From Paramecium tetraurelia (lineage: Eukaryota), in NCBI GenBank assembly GCA_000165425.1, contig CT868053.1, positions 186,001 through 215,836 of the forward strand: a stretch of DNA of 29,836 bases, read 5' to 3'. The translations under genes were made by a program, and so were the position numbers. The notes under the pieces were generated by a model. That model worked only from the letters and a program-made list of their open reading frames with translations. It was not told the DNA's origin and ran no database searches. Position 1 is the first letter of the stretch, and the number at the start of each line of letters is the position of its first letter. Of this stretch, positions 11,656 through 25,600 are shown piece by piece.

Positions 11656-12062
11656 TCTATTTATTAAATTTCATAATTATCACTTTAAATAAAAAATAAA
11701 ATTTTAGTTTGAAAAAAAATTTTTTAATAAAATTGATTGGAATATTCGACAATAGCTATACTTATTATTTATAATTATATTGCAAATGTTTGTGTGTTTT
11801 ACCTTGTTTTGTTAAGAAATGGGATTGAGATTTTGTGAAATCAGCAGAGACATTGGCCTACTTTATTAAATATAATATGCCATTAAAAAAATTAATTTGT
11901 CTTTTATAATAATGATAGAGTTCACCTATTTGAGTCTTTGATCTATAATTTTACTTACTTTGGTTATAATTTATTGATATACAACTCAATCTGAAATTTT
12001 GTGTATTTCATAGGTTTATGAAAGCTGAATAAACATTAATCTGGTTTACATTCAAATTTTTA

Positions 12063-15000
12063 ATGATTATTTAATTCCAGGTAATTCTCCTCTACCTCTA
12101 ATTTGCAAATTGTGAATGGCTATAGTTAGCATAATACCTCACGACTAATAAGACGTTCAACAATTTGGATACAGATGGATTTATAAATATCGATGGAGAC
12201 AATATCGGTTACTCTTAATATATTAGTTGTGGTGAAAATGGCAGCTATATTGTATTAAATCAATCTCAAAGAAATGTTTAAAACAATAACTAATTTTATT
12301 GGAGTTATTAAATGTATTTTATCACATTTGAGTTAATATTTTATAATTCTTGGAAAACCGGAGATTTTGTAAATTATTCATTCGGATCTAACACATTTAA
12401 GTTTGATAGTAATCCTATTTCAGTTCCATAATATTATGATTGGAAATGCATAAATCAAAAAAGTTTTTAGTAAGTCTTAAATGCGACCGTCGATACTAAA
12501 TATGTATCTGGATATCATAGCTTTAATATTTCAACAAGTTAAGGAAATTTAGCCATAAAAAATCTTATTATTTCAGGATTAAGATGCTCCCCATATTGTT
12601 TGACTTGTTCTGGTGTATCTGCTGATCAATGTTTAACATGTGTTATTTCTGGTAGCGCAATTCCAAATTGCCAATAAACAGAATGCGCGATTGCAACACC
12701 TTATATAGTTAGGAATTAAGCCTGTTTTAAAAAGTGCCATATTGATTAAGCACTTTATTTCAAAAGATCATGTGTTCCATATCCAAGTATTCTATATATT
12801 CATTATAGTCGCTTTGTTTATGAATCTATATATATCTCAAAATACAACTCTGTTATAAAATAGATGGTAACCCATTTATGATAGAGAAAGTCCTGGAGCA
12901 GATCCGTTAAATAATATAGCTTTCGAAAATTATTATATTTATGGAATATTTAAACACAAATAAGGTTATTTGAGTACACTTAATTTGACTGATTAAGGGA
13001 CATACTTAATTGGAATAAGAATAGAATTAATACTTTTTAATGCAATGCCAGATAAAAGTAGTATATCTTTATAAATAAATGGAACTTACAAGGCACATAT
13101 CTATAAAGACGGAAGTGGGTTGAAATTCGATTAATTTATGATTTAAAATCAAGAATCCAAGCCTGATTTTACATATTCTGATATTTCCTACAATAGCAAC
13201 TATTATTATGTATTATATACATATGTAAATATTTCAAACTATTTCATAATCAAATTAGTCGGCAATTATCCTGCGTATAGCAATATTTTTATTATTTAGA
13301 TCATCTTCAGCAGGTTGGGGAATTCGGAGTATATAGATTTCATCAGGATAATGTCCACAAAATTGTTAAAAATGCGATTCTTAGTTTAAATGTTCAATAT
13401 GCAAACAGAATTAATGGATAACTGCATCTGGCCAATGCAGTAGCTGTTCGGAGAATTACTAAAAAAAAATTAATGCTACTTATTGTTAAGGACTAGACGA
13501 TTAAACTCCATGTAAATCAATTAAGAAAGTATTTAGATTCTGAATACCTAGTGAAAGAGTTCATAGATTTATCCATAAATCCTGAAACATACAAATATTA
13601 CGAATTATTACATCAATAAGGATCTAACTTTTTCAAAGGGGAAGGAATATTTTATTCTATTTGGAATTAGAAATTTAGAATATTTGGAGGGCCATAGATT
13701 TGGGCATAAGCAAAGTTTTAAAGGATCTATGAAATAAATGATCCTCATCATAGTGTATCATTTGCCTTTATTATTATTTTTGGTCCGACTTTTCCAGAAA
13801 ATGGATTGTTCATCTTTTACTTAGAAAATTAAATTTAATTTGAGATTACTTCTACTGATCAAGAAATAACTTTTGAATATCTGTATCTCCACACAGCTAA
13901 AACTTTAAATGTTCAATGGGAATGCAAGGGTCCAAATAATGAACCATTTAATGCATATTGTGGATTTTATAAGTACTATCTTGCTGTTCATTATTGTTAA
14001 CCTGGTTGTTAGTCATGTACAAATTAAAATGTTTGTTCAACAACTATCACTCCTGCGAGCTGTTTAGATGGTAAATATTTAGATATCTATAAAAATGAAT
14101 GTAAGTAGTGTTCAAAGAATTGTAAACTATGTACTTCATTGTAGAATTGTCAAGAATGCTTGGATGGCTATATAGATCCTTCTTTAGGCTGCATTTGTGA
14201 TATAAAAAAATTCGAAGATACTAGTGGATGTTCAGATTGCAGTTAAGATTGCAATTAATGTATAAATCAAATATTTTGTTTGGAATGTAGGCCTGGTAGC
14301 TTTAAAGTGCTAGTGAATAATGAATGTGTATGTTAAGATGGCTACTTTGATGATTCTACAGTATGCAAAAATTGTATAACAAATTGTAAGAAATGCACAA
14401 ACAATTCAGATTGCAGTGAATGCTTTGAAGGATTCATAAAAAGAGATCCAGTTTAATGTGATTAAGATTCTAATTTTTATTAATCTACTCTCCTTTAACA
14501 AATGTTTCCTTGTCCTACTAATGGTAGTTGCAATCCTTGTTCATCAAATAGTAATTGTAATTGTGGTGATCAAATAATATACGATTCTGAATAGTGTGAT
14601 GATGGTAATTAAATAGAACATGATGGTTGCCATAATTGCTAATTTTCAGTTTAAGTAGAGTGTACGATGTAGATTAATGGAAAATGCCATGAATGTGCAA
14701 CTTTAGGATGGTATTTGGATTAAACTACTTTCACTTGTAAGGAATAATGTAGGGATGGACTTAAAGTAGGGACCGAATAATGTGATGATGCCACTGATAA
14801 TACAAATTGTTTTAATTGTCGGTTTTTTTGTAAAAGTGATTGTCAAAGCTGTGATTTGACCAAAGGTGTTTGTACAAAATGCAGAGAAGGTTTGGAAATA
14901 GAAAAAAATTATTGCAAAAATAAATGTGGAGACGGTATCATTGTGTCAGCTCCAGATATTGATTATTACGAAGAATGTGATGATGCTAATAACTAGGATA

Positions 15001-18000
15001 ACGATGGTTGTAGTAAAGGGTGCAAGTTTTAATGTTAAAATATTAGTATTTGTAAAATTTGTTTGAATAATTAATGCTAATAGTGTTAATATGGATATTT
15101 CCTAAATAAGATCATGAATAAATGCGAATGTGGATTATCTTGCCTTTCTTGTGATTATTCCTTTGGAAAAGGATGCACTCAATGTTAACATGGGTATGAA
15201 TTAAGGAATAAGATTTGCTATCCAATTTGTGGTGACTCTTACGTTACTTCTCATGAGTAATGTGATGACGGTAATATGAATATTGAAGATGGGTGTCATT
15301 AATGTTAGTACACTTGTGAATAAACCTGCGAATTATGTTTGTTTGGAGAATGTCTATCGTGTTATGAGAAGTATTAACTCTAAAATGGAAGATGCCAACT
15401 ATTAATTCTTCCTTATTTGAATTAAAGTGAGGAAGGGATAGTGAAAGTAACTCTGTCTTATGAAGAGTAACTCAATCTATTGAAAGATTAATATTATGAT
15501 TTTGATTTATTTGAGAATTGTACCTAGAACAATTGCAATACATATATATCCTATCTGGATTTAGTGTATTTGTTTCACAGAATAAGAGTTGATCTTCAAG
15601 GAAATGAAGTGTCAGAGAATTACATTGAAAAATATGAACAAACTTGTCCAATTAATTGTGAATCTTGTTTTCATGGTTTGTGTATCACTTGCACATTAGG
15701 ATACCATTTAGATTTAGACAATGACACTTGTAATCCTATTTGTGGTGATCAATACATCACAATTGAAGAGTTATGTGATGATGGAAATAATATCATTTAA
15801 GATGGATGTTTCAATTGTCAATACTAATGTTAAGAGGTGTGCACAAATTGTTAATATGGAAGATGCAAAGCATGCATTGAATCCTATTTTTTTGATATCA
15901 AGAAAGGTAGATGTTTGGAAAGAACGATTTGCTTTGAATCATAAGGATATTATTATGATGGCAAATAGAATAATTGCTATTCAAAATGTGGGGATTCTAT
16001 AAAAGCAGGAAAAGAACAATGTGATGATGGAAATGTTACTCCCTATGATGGATGCTTTGAGTGTCAATATTAATGTGAATTATTATGTTAGACTTGTTAA
16101 CAAGGTAGATGTGTTGATTGTTAAATTGGTTATAAATTATCAATGGACAAATGTATAACAGATTGTGGAGATGGATTGATACTTGGTTCTGAATAGTGTG
16201 ATGATGTTAATACTATACCAAGAGATGGATGCACTAATTGCCTAATTGACCCTGGATTTAATTGCATAACATTAGATAAAAAGAGCTATTGTTACACTTG
16301 TAAATCTTATTGTAATAAATGCGAGTACATTAATGGTTAGATAAATTGTATCAGTTGTTAGAAAGGATATTTCTTAGCAAGTAACGAGTGTATTAAATGC
16401 TCAGATTAATGTGAAGAATGTCTAAATAGTCCTAATAATTGTATTAACTGTAAAATAGAAAATTGTTAAAAATGTGATAATAAAGAAGGATTCTATAGTG
16501 ATTTTAAACTCAAAAAATGTATTACCAAATGCGGTGATATGATAGTTGCTGGTCAAGAATAATGCGATGATGGCAATATCATAAATAATGATGGCTGCAA
16601 TTCTTAATGCGAATTCGAAAAAGGATTCACGTGTTACAATAATCTCTGTTAAAAGATTCAATAGAAATATATAGAATTTAATTATTCCAACACCACTACT
16701 ACTAACTGTTTGCACTTGAAGGGAGATTTAGATTTTAAATCTATTTGTCCCAAAATTACAAGTGAAATTGATTTATTTGCAACATATGAATTCAATTACA
16801 CACTAACTCCATTTGAGATTAATAAAACATAAAGCCAGTATGGATGTGAAATCTAGTTTCAATTCTTCAAAACCATTACGGAAACCAACCTAATCCATTT
16901 GATAATCCCATTGAGTGTTGACGGATAAAGACTGTTGGATGAATACAGAATTACCATCATTCCAAGAAAATAGATCTACTATAGTTAAGAACAAAAATAA
17001 TAAGCCGAGAGTGTTGTTGCCACATCCAATAAATTTTAACTCCTACTATAATTCACTGGCCCAATTTCAATCCTCCTTGGAGGCATCAGCTTTTTTTGGA
17101 CTATCCTTGAAATCCTTACTTGGATTAATAATTTCTATTTTCTTAACATAGAGTATCCTCTCAATGTTAAGATATTCTTTTAAAAATTTTAATGGGATGA
17201 TATATTTTATATTCCAGATTTTGTTTCCTTGAATACACCAAATGATCCATTCTACTTTTAACCCCCGCTCAAATTTCAAGAAAAGAATGTCAATCCTTTA
17301 TTTATCAAAAATATCCAAATATTCAGTTGCTTAATTTCCATAGCTATTATAATCTATTTCATATCTATTATTACAATTAAATTGTTCAAACTCAAGTTGA
17401 GATCCAATCAATTTTTGAGTCATAAAATATATATTTTCACAAAGTGTTAATTAGAAAACTAATAGCCTAATACTACACAAAATAAGCAAAGTCAAGCTCT
17501 CAATAAAAACGTAAAAAATCTTCCTTATTTTGCTTTACTGATTTTTACAACTGCTCTTGATTATTAATACAATTTTTGGTCTAAAATTCAATCAATCATA
17601 AACTTGTTATTACTGGATATATTTATGGCTTGCATCCTATAATTATACTGCCCAAAACCCAATAATCATTATATTATTGTAATTAACAATTTTTTAGCTG
17701 TTTGCTTCTTAATCCTTAGTTTAGTGATTTATTATGTTTACCTGTATGTAAGCTCTAAGCATTAGTTGCTTTTGAATCACTCAATATTTAAAAAGAAATA
17801 CCTATCTATTTATGAAGCACTGAACTTTAAAAATAAAACTGCCTTGCGATATTGCTACTTTAATATGATCAGAAAATTTGCCTTCATTCTCTTCCTTGTG
17901 GTGTTATACGACAAACCAATAATTTAAACAACTTTTTGTTGTTTATCTTGCTTTATGAATCTGGCCTTTTTGTTCTATTAAAATCCTTTTAACTCAAAAA

Positions 18001-18257
18001 GTGTATTTATTTAAATAGGAATTCCTGAAGTTTGCATCTTCTTCATTGTATCACTAGCAGTGGTCATAGCATTTAATGATTTACACAATATTCTAAGTGA
18101 TGCTGCAAAATAACTGATTGGGTGGATGATAATTGTTCTAATGTCGCTTTCAATTGCAATCTAAATGATATTCCTGCTGATAGAATTTTATCATAGATTG
18201 AAATCCAATTTTAAAAGTCTCAAATATCTTATTTGCCCATAAAAATAGTAATCATGA
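12063..18257 (+). CDS. Large cysteine-rich cell-surface protein (signal peptide, CxxC furin-like repeats, Myxococcus Cys-rich/DUF4215-type repeats, C-terminal multipass membrane domain), ~2040 aa; exons 12063-12786, 12809-13274, 13300-13511, 13537-18257
   Basis: N-terminal MIIQFQVILLYLQFANC looks like a signal peptide. Many CxxC..CxxC units; eight CGD..E.CDD modules; several hydrophobic segments from ~17030 to ~18180. Three GTA..TAG introns (12787-12808, 13275-13299, 13512-13536) give 6123 nt ending at TGA 18255-18257. Confidence 0.9.
14562..16650 (+). repeat. Eight protein-level CGD(G)..E(Q/E/L)CDD(GN) repeats (Myxococcus cysteine-rich repeat-like)
   Basis: Repeat starts at 14562, 14748 (CRDG variant), 14925, 15228, 15741, 15987, 16164 and 16530, all in the coding frame. 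Confidence 0.85.
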
Positions 18258-19649
18258 TTAAATTGTATTTTTGTTAAATATTATTGATATAAATATAATA
18301 ATAAAATCTATAGAATTTAAGAAGGGTATTAATTTAAGAAAAATGCTTATAGAAATTAATTGACGTAATACAAATATAAATCGAGTTATTATTGAAGTTA
18401 GGATCTGACATATTATAATATGTTAGGTATCAACTTATAAATGTACATTTTTTTATCAATAAGTTATCATCTATAATATTTACTTTTTAACTTAAAGGTA
18501 GTTAAATAAAAAATAAATAAAAAATTATGTTCTATTTTAAATTGTGATATATATAAATTGGTTTAGAAATAAAATTTAATTAAATAAAAAAAGCATAATA
18601 AAATCTAGCAAAATTAATACGGTCAATTATCCAAATCTTTTTGACTGAGTAATGAAAATATCAATTTATGTTGAGCTAAAAGTCGACTATCAGATGAGAA
18701 TAATGGCGACATTGACTGATAGTTTGATGAAAAAATATGATGTAATTAAAAAAAAGGAATTTAATATTCTATTTGTAATAAAATCAATATAGAATAAAAA
18801 TACGTTCATAATTTTCAAGTTGTGTGATTTTTATTATAGGATTATTTTGTCCAGAACAATAGAATTATTTTTTTCAATACTATTATATGAATTTTAAATA
18901 AATAACTTAGGTATGTAACACTTTCTAAAATATATAAATTAAATAGGTAATTTAGTTTGTTGAGTATGTTGATTTATGACTACATATTCTTACCAATTCT
19001 ATAACCAATCACATTCTTTTCATTTTTCTTATTGAAATCAATCACAGCAAATAAAGAACAAACAATAATTAAAACTAATTGAAAAAAATCATAATACTCT
19101 TCTCTTTCTTTTTCTTCCTGTCTAAATTTGACATCCATTATCAAATTCCTTAGCTCATTGATTCAAATTATAAGTAGTTTTCAAATAGAAAAACATTATA
19201 TACTACATATATAACACATCTTTATTTTCAGTGATTTGTATTGATCAAGTTAAGAAATAGCTTAACATCTTAAAATTTCAAGTTTTCTGTGTCAGATTTC
19301 TCTTTTAGGTTTAAAAAATAACTAATAATTCTATTTTATTAGAGGCCATATAACTTAATAGTGTAAATAATCAATTCCATTGAATATGTGGTCATGTGTC
19401 CAGCCTAGCATGAAGAAATCTCAGAGCAAAGTTCAACATGGCTCGTCTATCAAATAGATTAGAATTATATTAATATTAATTATAAATAAGGTTTTAAATT
19501 AAAATAAAATCCTGATACTTCTTTTTTTCTAAATTATTACTTATGATTTATGATTAAAAATTAAAGGAATTAATGTACAATTAAAAAAATTATTATGAAA
19601 CTTAATTTAAAAAACTAACTTTGAATTTATAGATTTATTCAATAACTTA

Positions 19650-22600
19650 ATGAAATTAACTTTAATTTTGTGTTTGATAGCACTTGTTTGCTCACAGCAA
19701 GTGCTTAAGTCAAATGAATGTAATGATTGTGGTCTTTTTAAATCACAAACTGATTGCGAAGGCTACAAAGCAGTGACATGCGAATGGATTGCAGCAGTCG
19801 GAACAACAGCTGCTAAATGCCAAAAAAAGACAGGAACTCAATAAGGCACATTCAAACCATATTGTGAATTAGTTGATAAACCCGAAACAAATTGTTGGAA
19901 GACACTTGGTTGTGCTTACTTAGATTCAAAATGCGTTCATTTCGCAGGATGTTCGGCTTACGTTAAAACTACTGTATCAGAATGCCAAGCAATCTCATAT
20001 CGTTGTGTGAGTGATGGCACAGCTTGCATTGAAGCTTAAGAATGCGGTAAATACTCTTAAAGTCAATGTGAGGGTACTCCAAGTATTTCAGGAACCTTCA
20101 AATGCAAATATGATACCACTTAAAGTCAATGTAGAGATTATGCATGTTCAGAAGCAGAGCTAAGTTTAACTACTGATACATAATGTAGAGATTGGTAATC
20201 AACTTGTATCACAAGAGGAAAAGGATGCTGGTCATCACCCTTACCAAATTGCTCAGCATACACAGGAACTGAAGATGATTGCAAAGCTTATATTGGTTAG
20301 GATGGAAAATGTGAATTGGCAAAAGATACTACAAATTGTAAAGCAAGAGAATGCTCTGGAGCCTCAAAATCAATTTCTACAGATGATGAATGCAAAGATT
20401 ATTAAAAGGGATGCATAACAACAGGAAAGGGTTGTTATTTAGGAACAGTCAAACCACTCTGTTCAACTTATGATGGTGATAATACAAGTTGCGTTGGATA
20501 TATTGGATCTGATGGAGTTTGTGAAGGAGATGCTGGAGGTTCAAAATGCAGAGCAAGAAAATGTGAGAATGCAACCTTCAAGACTGATGATTAATGCAAG
20601 GATTATTAAAAGTCGTGTGTGACAAACGGTGTTAAGTGTGTTAGTGCTTTACAAAATTGTAATACCTACAAAGGTACTGCAACTGCTTGCAGTAATTATA
20701 TTGGATTGGATGGATATTGCACAGGTACAAGTACAACAGTTGAAGCAAATTGTGCACCAAAAGTATGCGATTAAGCAGGTGATACTTTGACTACTGATGA
20801 TGCATGTGAAAAATATTAAAAAGGATGTGTTACAACTGGTAAGGGATGTTCAACTAAGGCAGCATTAAAAAAATGTACTGACTACGATGGAGATTCAACA
20901 GCTGCATGTAATCCAAGAGTAGGATCAGAAGGTAGATGTACTTGGAAGACTGGAACTAAATGTACAGCTAGAGATTGTGCTTCTGCCCCTTCATCAACAA
21001 ACACAAATCCCCTTTGTGCCAATTGGTTCACTAATTGTGTAACAACTGGATCAGGTTGTGTGAGTGCAACTACATGTGAATATACAGTTAAACAAACAAG
21101 TTGTGAAGGAACTAAAGATTGTAATTGGCAACCAATTTGTACAAGTAATTCACTATGTTCAAGGTTTAAAAAGAAGGCAATATGCATGGCTAATACAGCT
21201 AGAGTTGCTGATGGATTTACAGATGAAGCCAAAACAATTGTAAAATGGGTAACTAAAAAATGTGGTTGGGGAAGTAGTGGTTGTGAAGAGCTTTAATGTT
21301 CTCATCTTACTGGATCTTTTTATAGTACTCATGCTAATTGTTAAAATGAATTGAGTTCATGTATTAGTAATGGAGTTGATGCTTGTATTACCAAATCCAG
21401 AGTGTTCGAAATTGAAAGGAACAAAAGACACTTGTAGAGGTTATCCAGGATACTGCACAAATATCGATGCAGCTTCAGAAACAACGGCTTGTACCTAAAG
21501 AGTATGTACAGAAAATACTGAGGCATTAGATAACCCAAGCTGTGAAACTTGGAATCCAGGTTGTATCAGTACTGGCAAAGGTTGTGTTATTTATACTACC
21601 ACTTGTACTTAATTAAAAGGGGATAGAGATACATGCAATAAATTGTATGGATACAGTACAGGATCTATCAGTGATTATAAAACAGTCTAATGCTATAATG
21701 ATTCAACTGCAACAGCAGATTCATTTTGTAAACAAAAGACATGCACAATGGCATCAGGAATGCAAGAGGGCTAATGCGATGGTTTCTTATCAGGATGTGT
21801 ATTTGATGGATAAAGTAGTTGTGTAAATCAAGAAACTGCTACTTGTGGTGATTATTTTGGAGTTGCATCATTCTGTGAAGCAGTGAAAGTCAAAAGTATG
21901 CCTGATAAATATTGTTTTGGTACAGCAACTGCTGCAAAATGCACAATAAGAAAATGCGAAGATAACTAAGATGCTAATACAACAGATGAGGCATGTGAAA
22001 CATTCAAAACAGGTTGTGTTTCTAAATCTGGAACAGGATGTGTGGATAAAACAACAATAAATTGCTCATCATAAACTGGAACAAGTGATACATGTCCCAC
22101 TTTCTCAAGTAGTACAGGAAAATGTCAAAGATATAATACATGTTTGGATAGAGCATGCGCAGATCTAACATCTGCAGGAAGCCATTAAGATTGTATGACT
22201 TACAAATCCACTTGTAGATTCTTAAAATCAGGATCAGCTTGCATAAATCACAATACATGCGACTAATATGCTGTTCCAGACACATCAGCAACAGGCTAAG
22301 TCAAATTCGATTACTGTACTTCAATCACTGACTCATCTGGAAAATCATGTGGATATAAAACTGGAAATAACTGCGCAGTCAGAACTTGCGACCAATATTT
22401 AAGTACTTATACAACTTTGGCATGTACAACTTAATATTTCTAAAACAAGTACAAGGTACTGGAACCTGTTTATTGGCTGGCACAGGAGCTTTCATCTGTA
22501 TGTTATGCTCCTTTAAGCACTTGGCGCCTATACTCATGGTATAACAGGTAAATGATGAGACTAAAGTAGTACAGAGTGTTTAGAAGTATGTTGATGAACA

Positions 22601-25600
22601 AAAATGTTAAATGCCCACCTGGATAAGTGGAACTACATGTACTATTTAATCCACATGCGAAAAAGTTATTACTTAAACAGATGAAAAGACTTGCAATGAT
22701 TTCTTATACCCAAGTGGTAAAGGTGTCTGCCAAAAAGTAACTGATTCCACTTGTTTAACTACAGTAGCTGTTGCAGCAGGTTGCGCTAGTTATAAAATTG
22801 ATTAAACAAAGACAGACGCTTAAAAGAAGACACTTTGCTAAAGTTTATACGTGATTGATGACTCAGCTAAACATGCAGCAGGAACTGGTGTATTTACAAA
22901 ATGTATTTATAAAACCGGTGGCACATGCTCTGCTATTAGTACTTGTGCTGAAATTCCATCAGCAGTTAGTTAAGCCGATTGTGATAAATAAAATTCTGGC
23001 TGTTTTTATTTCAGTGGATTGTGTTATGATGCACCAGCTTCATGTGCTGTTGCCGTAATTCCAGGAAGTGCTACTACTGATACATTAAAATCATTGTTTT
23101 GTCATAGTATGAAGGTGGGAACCGATTATTGCAAACTTAATGCTGCTAAATCTGCATGTGAAGATAATGCAGTGACCGCCTGTACTTCACATGCCATAAC
23201 AGGCATCACTGGATGGGATGGTGCTACTATTACTGTAGATAATTATTGCTTAGCGGTAGCGGATAAAACAAAAAAGCTATATTGTAAAGCAGGAACAAGT
23301 CCCGCCTGTGCTGCTGCAAAATGCGAAGATATTCCAAACCCATTAAACTAAGGAGATTGCGATAATAGAGTACTTGGCTGTGCCTTTTCAAATGGAAAGT
23401 GTAGAACTAATGACTCAACAGAGGCTGCTTGCACAGATGCTACTGTTCCTACTGATATAACTGCAGCAAGTGGAAAAACAGCATTCTGTTAATCCATCAC
23501 TAAATCTTCAAAACCTTGCACATATGATGAGTTCAAAACACCAACTGCTGATCTTAAATGTGTAGCTACTGGTGCATGCTCATCATACGCCACATTACCA
23601 ACTGATGCAACTGCAAAGCCCACTTATTGTCTTAGCAAAGTAGATGATAAATTTCATAAGTGCGCCTTTACAACAGGAGCCTCAGCTTGCAGAGATTACG
23701 ACTGCTTCGATATCACTAATGCAACATCATAATTATCATGTGATTTAGGAGTTCCTGGAAAGAAATGCACTTATATTTCAGGAACCTGTTACAATACAAC
23801 TGATGGATGTGATAAAATTCCAGCATCAGGAACAGATAAGAAAGCATATTGTGAGTTATTAACTTCTAATAGTATTAAATGCACATACATTTCAGGAGCT
23901 AATTGTACTCCAAGATTAGCAGATTGTGAAAATTACGATGTTACAAATGCAACTAATAAATCAACTACATGCAACTCATTAAAAGATACATCAGATGCAG
24001 AGTGTACTTATATTTGGGGAAATAAATGTGTTGAATTAGGTGCATGTTCCACTTATAATGGAGCATCTACACCTGAATTAGGACCAGAAACTGGTAGTGA
24101 AGAGACTTAATGTAAGAGCTTGAAAGATGCTACTAGAACATACCCATGTATAAAACATAAAACAGATGCCAAAAAATGCAGAGCTTAAGAGTGTGCTGAT
24201 AATGATGGTGATGAAACTGGATGCAAAAGTAATGTTGCAGGTTGCCTATATTACTAAACTAAATGTATTGTAAAGACTACTTGTGCATCATATACAGTCT
24301 AAGCAGATTTATCAACTACTGAAAAAAAAGCATGGTGTGAAGGCGTTACTGATACCAGTGACAATAAATGCAAATGGGATGGTACTAAATGTGCAGCTAG
24401 AACATGCAGTGATGACGCAACAGCCAAATTTTATACTAATTATGATTGCAAGAACTATTTGAAAACTTGTAAGACCAATGGTTCAAAATGTATAGATGAT
24501 ACTTCATAATGTAATACTCTTACTGGTAACCAAAATTATTGTCAATACTTATTCGATAACACAGCTAAAGATTTATGTAAAGTAAATACTGCTGCTGTCA
24601 CATCTGGTGCTTGCCAAACTAGAACTTGCTACGATAATGTGGCTTCATAATCTGATTCAGAATGTGACAGTTGGATGAAGGGCTGCGTGACTAGAGGTAC
24701 TGGATGCATTCCAAGAGACAGACCCTGCTCTGAATATAGAGGAACAAAAGAGAAATGCGAAGGTTTCAAATAATTCTCCTACTATGATACTACCAAATAA
24801 ATTGATGTGTACATTCTATGCTCTGGAGATGCTGGAAATACAGAAACGAGTAGTTGCAAAGAGAGAAAATGTTCAGACAACATTATCGCAAGTTCAGATA
24901 ATGATTGCAAGGCCTATCTAGATGGTTGTGTAACAAAAGGAACTGGCTGTGTTGAAAAATCAGCTGATTGTTCAGCCTACAAAGGAAATTAAACTACTTG
25001 TGCCAAATTTATGGGATCAAATGGAAATGATTATTGCTACAATACTGGTGCTGCTACAGATACATCCTCTTGCTAAAAGAAGAAATGTACAAATATTACA
25101 GGAACTAATAATAAAGAATGCAGTGATGGAATGAAACCATTTAAAGCCACTGACAATCCATTCTGTGTTTATAATGGAACAGGTTGCGAATCCTATGGCA
25201 AGAAATGTTCAGAGTTTAAAGGAACAGAAATAACTTGCTAAACTTATATTGCTTTTGATGGACCATGCAAATCAACATCTGTTGGTACACTTGTTGGAAA
25301 TTGTGCTAGAAAAGTGTGCACAGAAGCACCAAATAACTTGAAAACAGATAAGGAATGCAAAGATTATCACCCAAGTTGTTATACCAATGGTTATGGATGT
25401 ACTGAAACTTAGAATTGCGATACTTTGATCAATTAAGATTCCTGTAAAGCAAGACCTGAATGCACATGGGCTAACTTCTGCGAACCTAAAAAAACAGGAT
25501 GTTCTGCTTAAAGTAATACAAGTCAATCTAATTGTATTAACACAGTCATAACAGTCAAAGTTGATAATGTAGATGTTAAAAAGTATTGTGCTTGGACAGA

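Noticed and set aside
21390..22620. Programmed ribosomal frameshifting (Euplotes-like AAA-TAR) or retained IES as the cause of the antigen frameshifts
   Set aside because: The site is AAA TCC rather than AAA plus stop, TAR is Gln in this code, and the indels are single bases, far below the minimal IES length.
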